A DNA stretch of 29,878 bases from a virus (lineage: Duplodnaviria > Caudoviricetes), in the IMG/VR virus record IMGVR_UViG_3300032221_000051, positions 1-29,878 of that record. One strand, given 5' to 3'. Each line of letters opens with the position of its first letter. The stretch's first letter is position 1. The notes beneath the pieces were generated by a model. It saw nothing but the letters and a program-made list of their open reading frames with translations. It had not been told where the DNA came from and ran no database searches. Positions 8,901 to 18,423 of the stretch are shown piece after piece. Made by a program: the position numbers and the translations under genes.

Positions 8901-10488
8901 TGCCTGACCAAGCTATAGCATTAGTGTATGCAATCGCAGCGTCAGAAGCCGAGGTAATAGCAGCGGCAGCAACAGCATTAGCATATGCAGTACCGGCCTT
9001 AGTTGAGGCGTCAGTAGCAGCCGTAGCAACCGCATTAGAGTAAGCAGTCGCAGCATCAGAGGCCGAAGTAACTGCGGCAGCAGCAACAGCATTAGAATAA
9101 GCAGTGCCGGCTTTGGTTGAAGCATCGGTCGCAGCAGCAGCGATAGCATTAGAATAAGCCGTAGCAGCATCTGAAGCCGAAGTGATAGCAGCAGTAGCAA
9201 CAGCACTTGTGTATGCATTACTTGCTTTAGTTGTTGCATCGATGGATGCGGCAGCAACAGCATTAGCGTAAGCGTTGGCTGCCTTATTTGTAGCATCAAC
9301 CGCCGCAGCAGCAATAGCAGCTGACTGAGCGTTTGCAGCAATAAGAGTCGCTTGATTTACTGCATTAGTATAAGCGTTAGCGGCATAGAAGAATGCGATT
9401 CCATCAGCAGCAACTACAGCATTAGAATAAGCATTAGCTGCCTTATTAGTAGCATCCGAAGAAGCAACGGCAATAGCATTAGAATAGGCATTACCTACCT
9501 GGGCAACTGTTCCATAGTTAGCAAGGTTAGCCTGAAGCTGTGCATTTGATACAACGTTAACAGCGAATACGCCACCGACATGGACAACATCATTGGCAAC
9601 CAAACGAGCAACGTTATCTGCAAGATAAGCTTCTTGCTGATAGTTCTCAAGAATGGCATTCATCGCCGCTGTATTAGTATAGAGAACCAAATTAGCAGCA
9701 AGCTCGTTGGCATCTACAATAAGACTTGCAGGAACACCATCAACGAACAAGGCGTTGTTAGCGGTAAGACGAACGACGTTAGAAGCTAAACCAGAAAGAG
9801 AAGCGTAGAATGAAAGGTTAGCTTGAAGCTGAGCATTCGATACGACGTTAGTATTGTATACGCCACCAACATAGAGAGCATCGTTAGCAGTAAGACGAAC
9901 TACGTTCGATGACAGACCAGCAAGAGTAGCGTAATTAACCAAGTTGGCATTCAGAGCAGCATTAGAAACTACTTGAGATGAAGCCAAACCACCAATGAAG
10001 TTTGAGTTATTTGCAGTAAGGTTAAGAACATTAGCCGCTAACAAACCCGCCAATTGATAGTTGACAAGATTAGAAGACAGGTTAATGTTAGTAGGATAGT
10101 TAGCGAGGTTGCCCTGCAACTGAGCATTCGACACGACCAGGGGAGCAGCCAGACCGCCGATGTAGTTAGCAGAGTTAACAGTAAGAGGAGCAACGTTCGA
10201 AGCAACGCCTGTCAGCGTCAGATAGTTAGCCAAGTTAGCTTGGAGCTGAGCATTTGATACGACGTTAGAGGCACGAACAGAACCAACGAACGTTGTATTG
10301 TTTGCTGTAGCTTGAAGAACGTTAGCAGCTAAAGTATCATTTAGCTGTACAGTATAGCCACCCTGAATTGCGCCGTCCTGAACAACGAGCTCATGCGTCT
10401 CGTAGTTGACGACTACCTCGCCGTTTGCGCCGGTAAATGTCGCTATCTGAGCGGTATTACCTCTGCGGAACTGTACCTGAGTTGCCAT
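5998..10488 (-). CDS. Large repeat-rich tail fibre or virion filament with Mtd-like N-terminal domain
   Basis: N-terminus QVQFRRGNTAQIATFTGANGEVVVN....LVVQDG..QGG resembles the major tropism determinant N-terminal domain. Three internal repeat families; fibre motifs such as VPATDNTHSLGNSTSKWQSLY. Confidence 0.85.
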   Translation of the reverse strand: MATQVQFRRGNTAQIATFTGANGEVVVNYETHELVVQDGAIQGGYTVQLNDTLAANVLQATANNTTFVGSVRASNVVSNAQLQANLANYLTLTGVASNVAPLTVNSANYIGGLAAPLVVSNAQLQGNLANYPTNINLSSNLVNYQLAGLLAANVLNLTANNSNFIGGLASSQVVSNAALNANLVNYATLAGLSSNVVRLTANDALYVGGVYNTNVVSNAQLQANLSFYASLSGLASNVVRLTANNALFVDGVPASLIVDANELAANLVLYTNTAAMNAILENYQQEAYLADNVARLVANDVVHVGGVFAVNVVSNAQLQANLANYGTVAQVGNAYSNAIAVASSDATNKAANAYSNAVVAADGIAFFYAANAYTNAVNQATLIAANAQSAAIAAAAVDATNKAANAYANAVAAASIDATTKASNAYTSAVATAAITSASDAATAYSNAIAAAATDASTKAGTAYSNAVAAAAVTSASDAATAYSNAVATAATDASTKAGTAYANAVAAAAITSASDAAIAYTNAIAWSGNAALAYANAVAAAAVTSASDAATAYTNATAFASGVAAADAATAYANAVAYANSIAINLQSVATSVVPATDNTHSLGNSTSKWQSLYVSANTIYFDAVPFSVNSTGGITTSGNVEYANVSYVDAQAAAAYANALYTLPVANTTVLGGVIVDGVSIVANATGGISANISGGFVNGQSISVNAFAVTGDFTANGALGLAGEVLTSNGSSVYWSSTGAGGFVNGQSISVNAFVLTGGFTSNGSVGTAGQYLASDGVNTYWTTHSSSFTNGQSISVNDLTVNTVTANGGVGTAGQVLTSDGAKVYWANTASGGFTNGQSISVSNLAVTGSLTGNGTVGNPGDVLSSNGTAIYWTSPSAASVNTAAQFTWTNTHTFTQTIVGTANNALYLNGIIASGYALGSDVTANATAAYTNAAGVATLQSAAAYTNAVNQAGLLAGNAYSNAVTQASLLAANAYSNAIVGITNTATTYAAQAYNNAIAVSATAYSNAVAQAGILANSAYSNALAWVASQAYVNSSTGVALLSGAAFTGNVSVAGDLIVSGNLAYINTNEIRIKDKLLDIAYGAVSEVAADGAGFYISGAALNMTYQAASNLMVLSHGMTLPTVNALQTLANQYLITANSAKYVGTLLAANVVSDAMLQGNLANYLTQFSLNQQLATANYASQSQSAAYAQTAGNQAYVNAIAQANIYANNAFNLSIQYAADYAQTAYTNAFSGLYGAISNLFAPSNGVTFAFDGGTAQWTANVLPQFTNGQNIIVNNITVNGNMNATGVGTQDIGNTTNQFNVVYAANFTGTATAAVTANNTAFVGTVSAANVVSNAQLSGNLANYVTTTNLSNNLANYQTTAGLSSNVATLTSNNTSFVGTKPASNVGYLGIPQNPQTTNYSLTTADVGKHISITTGGVNVPAAVFSAGDVVYVYNDSATNQTITQNGGVTMRLAGTANTGSRTLAQYGLATILCVGANTFVIGGYGIT
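7850..8400 (-). repeat. Four ~46-aa repeats (F[VT]NGQSISV...NG..G..G..L.S.G...YW)
   Basis: Four copies of NGQSISV...YW in the translation of the large fibre. Confidence 0.85.
8740..9490 (-). repeat. Ala-rich 19/15-residue AY[ST]NA repeats (coiled-coil stalk)
   Basis: AYSNAIAAAATDASTKAGT and AYSNAVAAAAVTSASDAAT alternate with a 19-aa period. A second block of mostly 15-mers lies at about 7395-7690. Confidence 0.85.
9515..10335 (-). repeat. Six ~42-aa repeats (L.sNV..LtaN.a..vGg.....VVSNAQLqaNLanY) in the large fibre
   Basis: Visible in translation. Further copies occur near 6975-7070 and 6310-6525. Boundaries approximate. Confidence 0.85.
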
Positions 10489-10490
10489 TC

Positions 10491-11453
10491 TTAGATGCTC
10501 CCGTAATTAACTGTGTTCGTTGCCGGATCGCTAACAAATCCGTAATTCTCGAATGTTGTAACAAAATCGCCTAATAAACCATAATCTAAATGAATAGTAA
10601 TAGCTTCTGCTGTAGATATAGCCAACCAATTATTTAGCAGATATATCTGAAGCTGTTGTATCTCGTCGTTAAACCAAACCGTTCCATCCACTGGTGTAGC
10701 AGGACGGCTGGCATTATTACCGCCAACAAATACGACGGCATTTGCCACTACGTAGTTAGCGGTGACAGTATTGCCAACAAAAAGGTTCTGTCGTACTTTA
10801 TCAAAAGTGAAGTTAGGAGAACCGTTGGCTAATGCACTGTCGTTAAATTGTATCTGAGTATTTGCACCAGCAGCATCTGGTTCACCCCAGTATATGCCGC
10901 CGACGCCGTCAGCAGACAGAACTTGGCGAAGGCCGCCAGTTGAGTTATTTGCATTAATAGAACCGGCGTGAACATTGCTGACAGTAAGAGTGCCGGAGAC
11001 AAACATATTGGCCTGGTTAGCGCCAACATAAACAATTCCAGTACCATTAGAAGTATAAAGCTTATTGTCTGTTAAATTATAAGCCAGTTCACCAGGACTA
11101 ATATAACTTGTGTTAGCCACAAATGTGGCGTTAGGCACTGCATTGGCTACAGAAGACGTCTTGATAGTAATAGTTCTGGCAAGTGCATCGAGCTGGCCAT
11201 CATAGTTGCCGCCATCGATATTGCCAGGAACGTAGTCAAGCTGTAAGGGCTCGACAACATAATAACCAAGAGACTCTTCCCAAACAACAGTTGAGTGGTC
11301 AGTCTTGGTATTAGAGATAACGTCTGTTAGAGCCTCCAATGTGGAAGCGCCGCCCGGTACCTGAATGGTAGGGACGTTCTTGAGAGTAACCTGATTTACA
11401 TTTACGACGCCGTTATTGGATCTTGCCCCAGCGACGAAGTTCTTTACTGTCAT
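10491..11453 (-). CDS. Tail-fibre-like structural protein
   Basis: ITIKTSSVANAVP...PGELAYNLTDNKLY, GANTQIQFND...GSPNFTFD and RPATPVDGTVWFN are motifs typical of phage fibre proteins. Confidence 0.75.
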   Translation of the reverse strand: MTVKNFVAGARSNNGVVNVNQVTLKNVPTIQVPGGASTLEALTDVISNTKTDHSTVVWEESLGYYVVEPLQLDYVPGNIDGGNYDGQLDALARTITIKTSSVANAVPNATFVANTSYISPGELAYNLTDNKLYTSNGTGIVYVGANQANMFVSGTLTVSNVHAGSINANNSTGGLRQVLSADGVGGIYWGEPDAAGANTQIQFNDSALANGSPNFTFDKVRQNLFVGNTVTANYVVANAVVFVGGNNASRPATPVDGTVWFNDEIQQLQIYLLNNWLAISTAEAITIHLDYGLLGDFVTTFENYGFVSDPATNTVNYGSI

Positions 11454-11800
11454 AGCTTGTTCGTTACTCCCGGATTGACCGTGACGATTCCCTCAACAAT
11501 TCTAGAGACGGTAGTCGTATAGGTATTCGCGTCTTCTAGAACCAATTCCACGTCATATACGTATCTTCCAGCTCCAACACAAATGGTTTCTTCTGGAGTA
11601 AGTGATAACGTAATGATACCATTATTACCGTCAACCGAGGTAGTAAATTCTGTACATTTTGAAGATGTATACCACTTCTTCATCTTAGCATATGCGGTAT
11701 AACCATCCAATGGGATGATATCGCCGTTCTCATCAGTCATATTTATCTCAGTGGAGAACGTAGTTCCCTGGTCTATTGAGATATTAGTCTTGATAGCCAT
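11450..11800 (-). CDS. Small conserved virion structural protein, probable Ig-like beta-sandwich
   Basis: NISIDQGTTF...LDGYT....M...ITLSLT.EET....AGRYVYDVE...RIVEG.VTV.PGVT, a pattern I recognise from T4-like structural regions. Confidence 0.75.
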   Translation of the reverse strand: MAIKTNISIDQGTTFSTEINMTDENGDIIPLDGYTAYAKMKKWYTSSKCTEFTTSVDGNNGIITLSLTPEETICVGAGRYVYDVELVLEDANTYTTTVSRIVEGIVTVNPGVTNKL

Positions 11801-11801
11801 G

Positions 11802-12404
11802 TTATTTGTTCACTAGAATCTTAGCAATAGATACCGTCACGTTAACAGCCAGAGTACTATTGAGATACAGCTCGACCGAGTTGGCCACACTGTTCAAACT
11901 AGAAGTAAGGCTAATGAAATAGGTGTTATTAACCATGGTAGCATATTCTGTCTGATATACCGTCAGGTAGTCATTCATTACCATTACCTTGGTCTGAACG
12001 ACATTTCTCTTTGGAATATCAGCAACATTGACGATGTATTCGCAACCAACATACTTGTTCAGGTCATACGTATCAATAATGGTATTAGCATTAGCATTAA
12101 CTTGGACGTTTGCAATACCTTGAGCAGGCGGCACCCACGAACCATTTGCTGACAGCACATAAGATTTTTCTACAGCTTCACTGTTTGGTGCATAGTAAGT
12201 AGTATTGACCGTGCTGTTGCCAACAGTAAAGCCGTTCGCCGTAAAGACACCATTGAGAGTAGCATTACCCTGAGTGACATAGACGTTACCGGTAGCGTCA
12301 CTGGTCATGACTGAACCGGTCATCTGATAGGCAAGCTCGTTTGTTCTATTCAACCAGTATTGGAATGTGCTGGTGTTTGATGTATTAGCGATATAGATCG
12401 ACAT
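11802..12404 (-). CDS. Virion structural or fibre-associated protein
   Basis: N-terminal TFQYWLNRTNEL motif. The C-terminal domain (IDTY....Y...EY.V...YQTEYA) is paralogous to the C-terminus of the 19995-21167 protein. Confidence 0.7.
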   Translation of the reverse strand: MSIYIANTSNTSTFQYWLNRTNELAYQMTGSVMTSDATGNVYVTQGNATLNGVFTANGFTVGNSTVNTTYYAPNSEAVEKSYVLSANGSWVPPAQGIANVQVNANANTIIDTYDLNKYVGCEYIVNVADIPKRNVVQTKVMVMNDYLTVYQTEYATMVNNTYFISLTSSLNSVANSVELYLNSTLAVNVTVSIAKILVNK

Positions 12405-12408
12405 CTAC

Positions 12409-12612
12409 TTAATTTCCTTTCTCGAGCATTTGCTTCAGCAGGTCCTTAACCTCGCCGATGTCGCTCTCTATCTTGCTTATTCTATCTTCTTGTGACCCTA
12501 AGTTTTTCATGAGTTGTCTTTGGCGCTTATATGCCTGAAGACCCTCGTTGTCTATATTTAATATAGCACCTCTATTAGCGCTCGAACGTTGATACTCTTT
12601 GGTCATCTTCAT
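12409..12612 (-). CDS. Small hypothetical protein with C-terminal coiled coil
   Basis: 67-aa ORF filling the gap after the VrlC-like gene; AILNID...Y and the heptad RISKIESDIGEVKDLLKQML. Confidence 0.7.
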   Translation of the reverse strand: MKMTKEYQRSSANRGAILNIDNEGLQAYKRQRQLMKNLGSQEDRISKIESDIGEVKDLLKQMLEKGN

Positions 12613-12614
12613 GT

Positions 12615-15600
12615 TTATACCTGTAAAGCTATACCACGAATATCGTTAAGCTTTGGCACAAGGACTGGATCTTCTGAAAGAAGAACAACCTTGATAGCAA
12701 ATTGCTTGTAAGTAACGAAAGTGCTTCCATTTTCATCCGTATACTGTACGATATTGTCGTTGTTAGAATTAACCCAAGCAGTGTAGTTGACAAGCGGTGC
12801 CGTATTAGCATCTGTATTATATCTAGTTGTATCAATTGATGTTGGTAGATTAAATACATACTCTTTCCAATCATATGGATTCAACGAGCTACTTCTTAAA
12901 CCCTCTGACGTGTTGACCATCTTGGTCCACGACTTAGTATTAAGAGGCGCTGCGTCTTCAGCACATAGTAATCTAGCATAAACCTCAATATCTGTATTTA
13001 TCGGTCTATAACCAGTGATATAAATGCGAAGATCTTCTGAGTCTTGTCCGTCAGCAAGGACAATTGGTTGTGTTACATACTTGGTAGTTGCAGAACCCCA
13101 TGTAGCAACCTCATTAAGATTATTTGATGATAAGATATTCTGGACACAGAGAGCCGCTTTACGGTACATGTCAATAACCGGAGACAGATACTTATTACTA
13201 TTACGCAGAGTAGCCGAAACACCAAGTGTTTTTCCGGTCTTCTGAACTAGCTCATCCGAATAACTAAGAACAAGACGCTCGTAATCATACATCTCGCGTT
13301 CGTTATCTAAAGATAAATCCGAATATGTTCCATCTCTAACATAAGAATTAGAAGTACCAGCAAATGTTATATCAATTGCTGTTCCAGATGGCTCCATAGT
13401 AGCAAAGCGAGGAACGATAGCATGTATTGGTGGATCTCTAAGAGATTCAATATCATATGTGGCTATAAGAGTATTAGCATCTGCTAATGCTACGTTACCT
13501 TGTTGTGGTACTCTAAACACGCCAATTGTCTGGTTTGCCGCAAACCAACCAGTAGAGCTATCAAGCTTAATTCTATCATTCGTGTTATCAAAGAACTGAA
13601 TAACGCCAGTAGTTGTTGAATTGGCAACTGCTGTATTTGTTGCAGAATTAACTATCCAGCACTGATCTCCAAGCATAATCTGATTCTGTGAATTAGCAAG
13701 GGCCAAATTAGTAAAGTTAATATATTCATCATTCTCATTGTTAAAGAATGCAGTAGCTGAACCAACAGTAAAGTTGGCTACCCATAGATTAAATTTAACA
13801 TCTTCAGTTGGTATTGGTGTCCACGACTTAGCATTAGATGATCTAAATGCATCGCCAGAATACGGGTTAGCAAATACTTGCGCTCCTGTAATAAGATCAG
13901 TACCACCTACTTCAGCCATCCACATAGTATACTCAGGAGAACCGCCTTCTGGAACCATATAGAAAGCATAGAACATGCCTTGTTGCAAGAATACTGGTTG
14001 TTCAAAAACAAATGTTGTTGCAACGTTACCAGTGTTTGAAACATTAACGTTTGACGATGCCACATACGAATGGCCAAGTATCTGAGTTGAGTCTGGAAAC
14101 CCGTTTGTAAGTGCACATAGATACAAGTCCATACCTAATGTCGGGTCTTTAGAATGGAAGAATAGATCAACCTTAGTCGTAAATACGCCAGATTCTCCTG
14201 CTGGTGACTCAATTTCAAATGATTGAGCAAGAGGATCGTATCTACGAGAAATTACTTCGTTATATAAAGTTCTATTTTCTGTATAAGATGATGTCTCAAA
14301 TTGAGGAGACAAGGTAGTAATGGTTGCATTTCTACTCGAAATAGAAATATTAGATGCTGTAAATGTAGCAGTTGCTTTAGTTAAAATTGCGTCTTCACCA
14401 GTAATAAGACTATCAACGTCTGCAAACTGGAATACTCTATCACCAACACGGAATTTATCTTCCGGCAACATGAAGATAGCATATACACGGCCTTCACTAT
14501 CAGAAGTAAGAATATCTCCATAATTACCAGTACGAACCATAGCAGCGTCACATCTTCCTGTGGCAGATGCAGCAGCAACAATAGCATTAATGTCTGCTCC
14601 AAGCGCATAGTTAAAGACCGCAGGAGCACAGTATTGTGATACTGGTTGCTCATCAAAGAATGCATATATGCGAGTATTTGGTTTTAAGCTTCTGGCAAAT
14701 ACCGCAATAGTACGTGGTTTCATAAACGGCTGAACTGAAATATCCGTTATGTATTTGCCAAGATCAATAGTGCGCGAGATCGGCGTGATGAAAGCGTCGG
14801 TGACAGTTCTTTCTTGATTAATATCACCAAACGTTGTCCACCAGTTTCCTATACGCGCACCCCATTGATTGGTAATAGAGGTAGTTCTCCAATCACCATA
14901 ACGAGTACCAAACAATGTGCCACCATAATAATCATCAAGGAAGTCGCCAAAGTCAGCAAATGGCTGAGTAAGATCGATGGTAGCATCAATATTAGGTAGA
15001 CGCGTTTCATCTCGGTTCATATCATATGAAGGATACAAAGTCATCGCACCAGACCATTGCCATTGGTCTTGAGTATTATTACGATACTTAGTAGCGTATG
15101 GCTGGAACGTAAACAGCTCTTCAGTATAAGGAAGAGTTAAATAACGGCCTGTCTGTTGAACAGATGAGTTAGAAGCAATGAAGCCTAAGTCAACGTTCTC
15201 ATCATAGTGAAGAGGACGGCCTATGCCTTCAGCGGCATCAATACACCAACGATATTCTTCACTATTTGTTTGACCGTAAACATGCGAATTCTGTGGATCG
15301 GCAAAGATACCATTTTTAAATCTGTTTAAACCAGAAGCGTCTGGAACTTCAATATTAGATGCTTTAGACTCTAACAAAGACAGAGTCTGATAATATTCAA
15401 GACGTTGAATACGCTGGTCAAGAAGACCAATGTCTTTCATCGTATATCCGTTGTTAGTACGGATAGTCGTCTTAGTGGCGTAATCAGTTCTTCTTGTGCC
15501 GTTAGCTTGGCGCGCAGTCAATGATGGAAATGGCTGAACATTAGCATAAGCAAGAAGCATAACGTCAGTATCTACAGTCGGTGACTTAGGCTCAAGTGAT

Positions 15601-18410
15601 GGAGTTCCCTGAACGACACCGAGAGCACCCTTAGTATTAAGAGTGATAAGATCGATACGACCAAGATAGTATTCGATATCTGCTTCGAAGTTATAGTTTG
15701 GAATAGCGAGGTATGAAGTAGAATCAGTTATGAATAGATCAGTCGTCTGAGGATTGATTGTAGCATCCAAGACATTGTTTGCTACTACTGCCGTAAGCTG
15801 CTTAACACCTCTGAAGTCAACGCAATCGCGAAGATCATATGTAGTACCACCACTTGAGAACTGAGGAATATCTATCCAATTAATAGTCGTTGAGTTGGCA
15901 GTTCCATTAGTAGTAGGATAAGAATCAACCGAGAAGAAGCCAACGCCGTTGTTATAATCAGGCTCAAAGAAATCGAGCTGAACAACTATCTTTGATGTGT
16001 TTGATACAACTCCACGGTATTGTGGTTTAAGGGATAGAACAGCATGGTCATAGAAGTATGATTGTTGTCCAGGGCTAAAAGTAAAATACTTTGTTGCTTC
16101 AAACTGGCTGTCAGTTGAATATGCGTTAGGAGATAGGTATACCGCTTTAATATTAAATACGTCAGGAAGACCTAAATTCCACTGAAGCAAAGACTGTGTA
16201 GCGTTATTACTGCAGTCGATACGAACAAACGTATCTTTACGAACATTCTTTCTTGCTTGAGTAGCCTGAGTACGCAAGCCGTTGTATTGAACTATTACGT
16301 TCGCTTGAGCGGAAAGAGCTACACCAACAAGACCAACACTGCCGGTAAATGTAGTCGCGCCGGTGACCGTTACCGATCTATTGCCCGGTAAGTTGCTGTC
16401 AAAGTTGATGAGAGAACTCTTAGGGAAGAAGCGGCCGATGTTCTTTCCGCTGCCCGCAGCAGACACAGCAGCATCGATAACAACAGTATAGTTATTAGTG
16501 AAGCTGACAATACGACGAAAATCAATTACACCGACACTGATATAAATCGCCATGTAATCGCCAACACCAAACGTATTGCGAAGATTGTTGCTTAACGTTG
16601 GGTCAGTAACCGTCGTTCCTGAAACAGTAACAGTGAACGCTAGGTTAGCAGTAGTAGCATCATTGCCCATAGCGACGATGAACTGGTTCTCGATACCATC
16701 GCCGAGAGTTCCAGGGCTATAACCAACTTGGTCATAACCACCGGCATGCGATGTTGGAAGAGTAACACTGAATGTACCATCTGTTCTAAGAATAGTTGCA
16801 GGTGAACTCTCTCGGAAATAGAAATTAGTGTCGTTAATGGTGCCGTTTGCTGAACGAAGTGTCTTCAGCGCCTTCTTAGAAAATGGGAATACCAGAGATG
16901 AAGCACCAGTAGTCTGCAGCGATGCCATCTGAGTAGTATTAGCAAAGTCAGCCCATGCATTTGGTAAGCCGTATGGAGTACCATTAGCAAAGATAGACTT
17001 GGCATGATTTGCGAAGCTATAACCAGGAAGCATCGCGATATCTGTCATATAGATATCGTATCTTGAATCCGGATAACCAGGATCACCTGACTCGTGGATT
17101 ACTTGAAGAACTTTAGCATTACCGACTTTAGTCTTGCCAGAAAATGATGGTTGTAATCTATTATCAATAGCATAGAATGGAGCATTCCAAAGTTCTACTT
17201 CATGATAGTTACGGAATGCGATAGCACCACCATACTGGTTGGCAACGACATAGTTACCATAGTTAGTAGTGATAATCTGGTTCTGACCCTCGGCGGTCGT
17301 GATAGCTCTTGGAGCCTCAACCGAGCGAGGCGCTAGGAACTCAACGCGAGCGCCGTGAACATAAGCAAGACCAGTGGTTACTTGATAATCAAATGCAGAT
17401 GCGTTACCAGAACGTGCTTCAACCGTCTCGATTTGGAATGGTTTAACAACATAATCTCCTGATTCTTCAAATGTTCTTTGGTCAATAATATCGCCAAGAG
17501 TATCATATGGAGATTGTTGCTGATTGATTACCAGCTCTCCATTAATATTAGAAAATTCAAATACTGAGAAGAACGTAGAATTTGGAGAAATAGTATCTCT
17601 ATCACGAACATCTAGACGAGGCGTAAGCTTAAGCCTGTCAGCTCCCGGGGCATTTTCGTTTGGATATCCAAGTGCATTATCTAATAGAGAGTCATCTTCT
17701 GACCAATTGACTACAGTCTCTTCACAAGTGAATCCAACTGACTTGTTACCTACATTTTGATCAAAATCGGAAACAACAGCTATTTGATCAGGTACTAACT
17801 GGAAGAAACCTCTACTATATACTACGCCTTCTTCGACTCTTATGCCATATCCAGCACCAACTGCGGTCTGCGCAATAGAGTTGGTAGTGATAACGTTAAT
17901 AGAGTTGATAATATTATTAGAATCTAGATTAGCAAACTTACCTTGATTGCCGTTATAGATAAACAGCGTCTCGCCTGCCAAGAACTCAACTTCATTGTTG
18001 GCACCGGTATTAAGATAGTTGACGTAATATCTGGTAGTATTAGGATATTGCTGAACTCTGCCATCAACAGAAATAACAGGAACAGCTCGAAGATTTGATA
18101 CACTGCCAACAAGCATGTCAGAATTACTGACAGAATTAATATAGGCATTAGCATTAGCATAGAACGTGTCGTCAACATAGACGAACTTCATCTTAGGATA
18201 AATTGTAGGATTACACCCCTCGACAATAGAACCATCACGGAAAACGTGATTACCAAATCGCTCGATCTGGTTCTGAAGAATTGTCTGTGACTGAGTTAGC
18301 TCGCGTGCTTGTACGGCATACGTCGGCTTAAACAGGATACGATAGTATCTCTTCTGGGGATCAAAATCATCAAAATATGGCGGAACATTAAAGTCAGTGT
18401 CTAAAGGCAT
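12615..18410 (-). CDS. Large virion structural protein, VrlC-like / DUF4815
   Basis: FNVPPYFDDFD...YYRILFKP..AVQARELTQ.Q.ILQNQIERFG.H.F..GS; NENAPGADRLK; RTFEESGDYVV; YTMKDIG.LD.RI..LEYY.TLSLLE; RFKNGIFAD; DPLAQSF; FAIKVVL.S....VP..NDIRGIAL. Confidence 0.9.
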   Translation of the reverse strand: MPLDTDFNVPPYFDDFDPQKRYYRILFKPTYAVQARELTQSQTILQNQIERFGNHVFRDGSIVEGCNPTIYPKMKFVYVDDTFYANANAYINSVSNSDMLVGSVSNLRAVPVISVDGRVQQYPNTTRYYVNYLNTGANNEVEFLAGETLFIYNGNQGKFANLDSNNIINSINVITTNSIAQTAVGAGYGIRVEEGVVYSRGFFQLVPDQIAVVSDFDQNVGNKSVGFTCEETVVNWSEDDSLLDNALGYPNENAPGADRLKLTPRLDVRDRDTISPNSTFFSVFEFSNINGELVINQQQSPYDTLGDIIDQRTFEESGDYVVKPFQIETVEARSGNASAFDYQVTTGLAYVHGARVEFLAPRSVEAPRAITTAEGQNQIITTNYGNYVVANQYGGAIAFRNYHEVELWNAPFYAIDNRLQPSFSGKTKVGNAKVLQVIHESGDPGYPDSRYDIYMTDIAMLPGYSFANHAKSIFANGTPYGLPNAWADFANTTQMASLQTTGASSLVFPFSKKALKTLRSANGTINDTNFYFRESSPATILRTDGTFSVTLPTSHAGGYDQVGYSPGTLGDGIENQFIVAMGNDATTANLAFTVTVSGTTVTDPTLSNNLRNTFGVGDYMAIYISVGVIDFRRIVSFTNNYTVVIDAAVSAAGSGKNIGRFFPKSSLINFDSNLPGNRSVTVTGATTFTGSVGLVGVALSAQANVIVQYNGLRTQATQARKNVRKDTFVRIDCSNNATQSLLQWNLGLPDVFNIKAVYLSPNAYSTDSQFEATKYFTFSPGQQSYFYDHAVLSLKPQYRGVVSNTSKIVVQLDFFEPDYNNGVGFFSVDSYPTTNGTANSTTINWIDIPQFSSGGTTYDLRDCVDFRGVKQLTAVVANNVLDATINPQTTDLFITDSTSYLAIPNYNFEADIEYYLGRIDLITLNTKGALGVVQGTPSLEPKSPTVDTDVMLLAYANVQPFPSLTARQANGTRRTDYATKTTIRTNNGYTMKDIGLLDQRIQRLEYYQTLSLLESKASNIEVPDASGLNRFKNGIFADPQNSHVYGQTNSEEYRWCIDAAEGIGRPLHYDENVDLGFIASNSSVQQTGRYLTLPYTEELFTFQPYATKYRNNTQDQWQWSGAMTLYPSYDMNRDETRLPNIDATIDLTQPFADFGDFLDDYYGGTLFGTRYGDWRTTSITNQWGARIGNWWTTFGDINQERTVTDAFITPISRTIDLGKYITDISVQPFMKPRTIAVFARSLKPNTRIYAFFDEQPVSQYCAPAVFNYALGADINAIVAAASATGRCDAAMVRTGNYGDILTSDSEGRVYAIFMLPEDKFRVGDRVFQFADVDSLITGEDAILTKATATFTASNISISSRNATITTLSPQFETSSYTENRTLYNEVISRRYDPLAQSFEIESPAGESGVFTTKVDLFFHSKDPTLGMDLYLCALTNGFPDSTQILGHSYVASSNVNVSNTGNVATTFVFEQPVFLQQGMFYAFYMVPEGGSPEYTMWMAEVGGTDLITGAQVFANPYSGDAFRSSNAKSWTPIPTEDVKFNLWVANFTVGSATAFFNNENDEYINFTNLALANSQNQIMLGDQCWIVNSATNTAVANSTTTGVIQFFDNTNDRIKLDSSTGWFAANQTIGVFRVPQQGNVALADANTLIATYDIESLRDPPIHAIVPRFATMEPSGTAIDITFAGTSNSYVRDGTYSDLSLDNEREMYDYERLVLSYSDELVQKTGKTLGVSATLRNSNKYLSPVIDMYRKAALCVQNILSSNNLNEVATWGSATTKYVTQPIVLADGQDSEDLRIYITGYRPINTDIEVYARLLCAEDAAPLNTKSWTKMVNTSEGLRSSSLNPYDWKEYVFNLPTSIDTTRYNTDANTAPLVNYTAWVNSNNDNIVQYTDENGSTFVTYKQFAIKVVLLSEDPVLVPKLNDIRGIALQV

Positions 18411-18423
18411 CCTGATCCCACTC

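Noticed and set aside
8740-9490. CRISPR array or non-coding tandem repeat
   Set aside because: The repeats are degenerate at the DNA level, in frame and conserved as protein; there is no repeat-spacer structure.
5998-10488. Diversity-generating retroelement suggested by the Mtd-like N-terminus
   Set aside because: No reverse transcriptase and no template/variable repeat pair with adenine-specific mismatches seen in the window. This N-terminal domain is common in ordinary fibres.
12615-18410. VrlC-like gene as a virulence factor
   Set aside because: The name is historical. Such proteins are regular structural components next to gp8 in T4-like phages.
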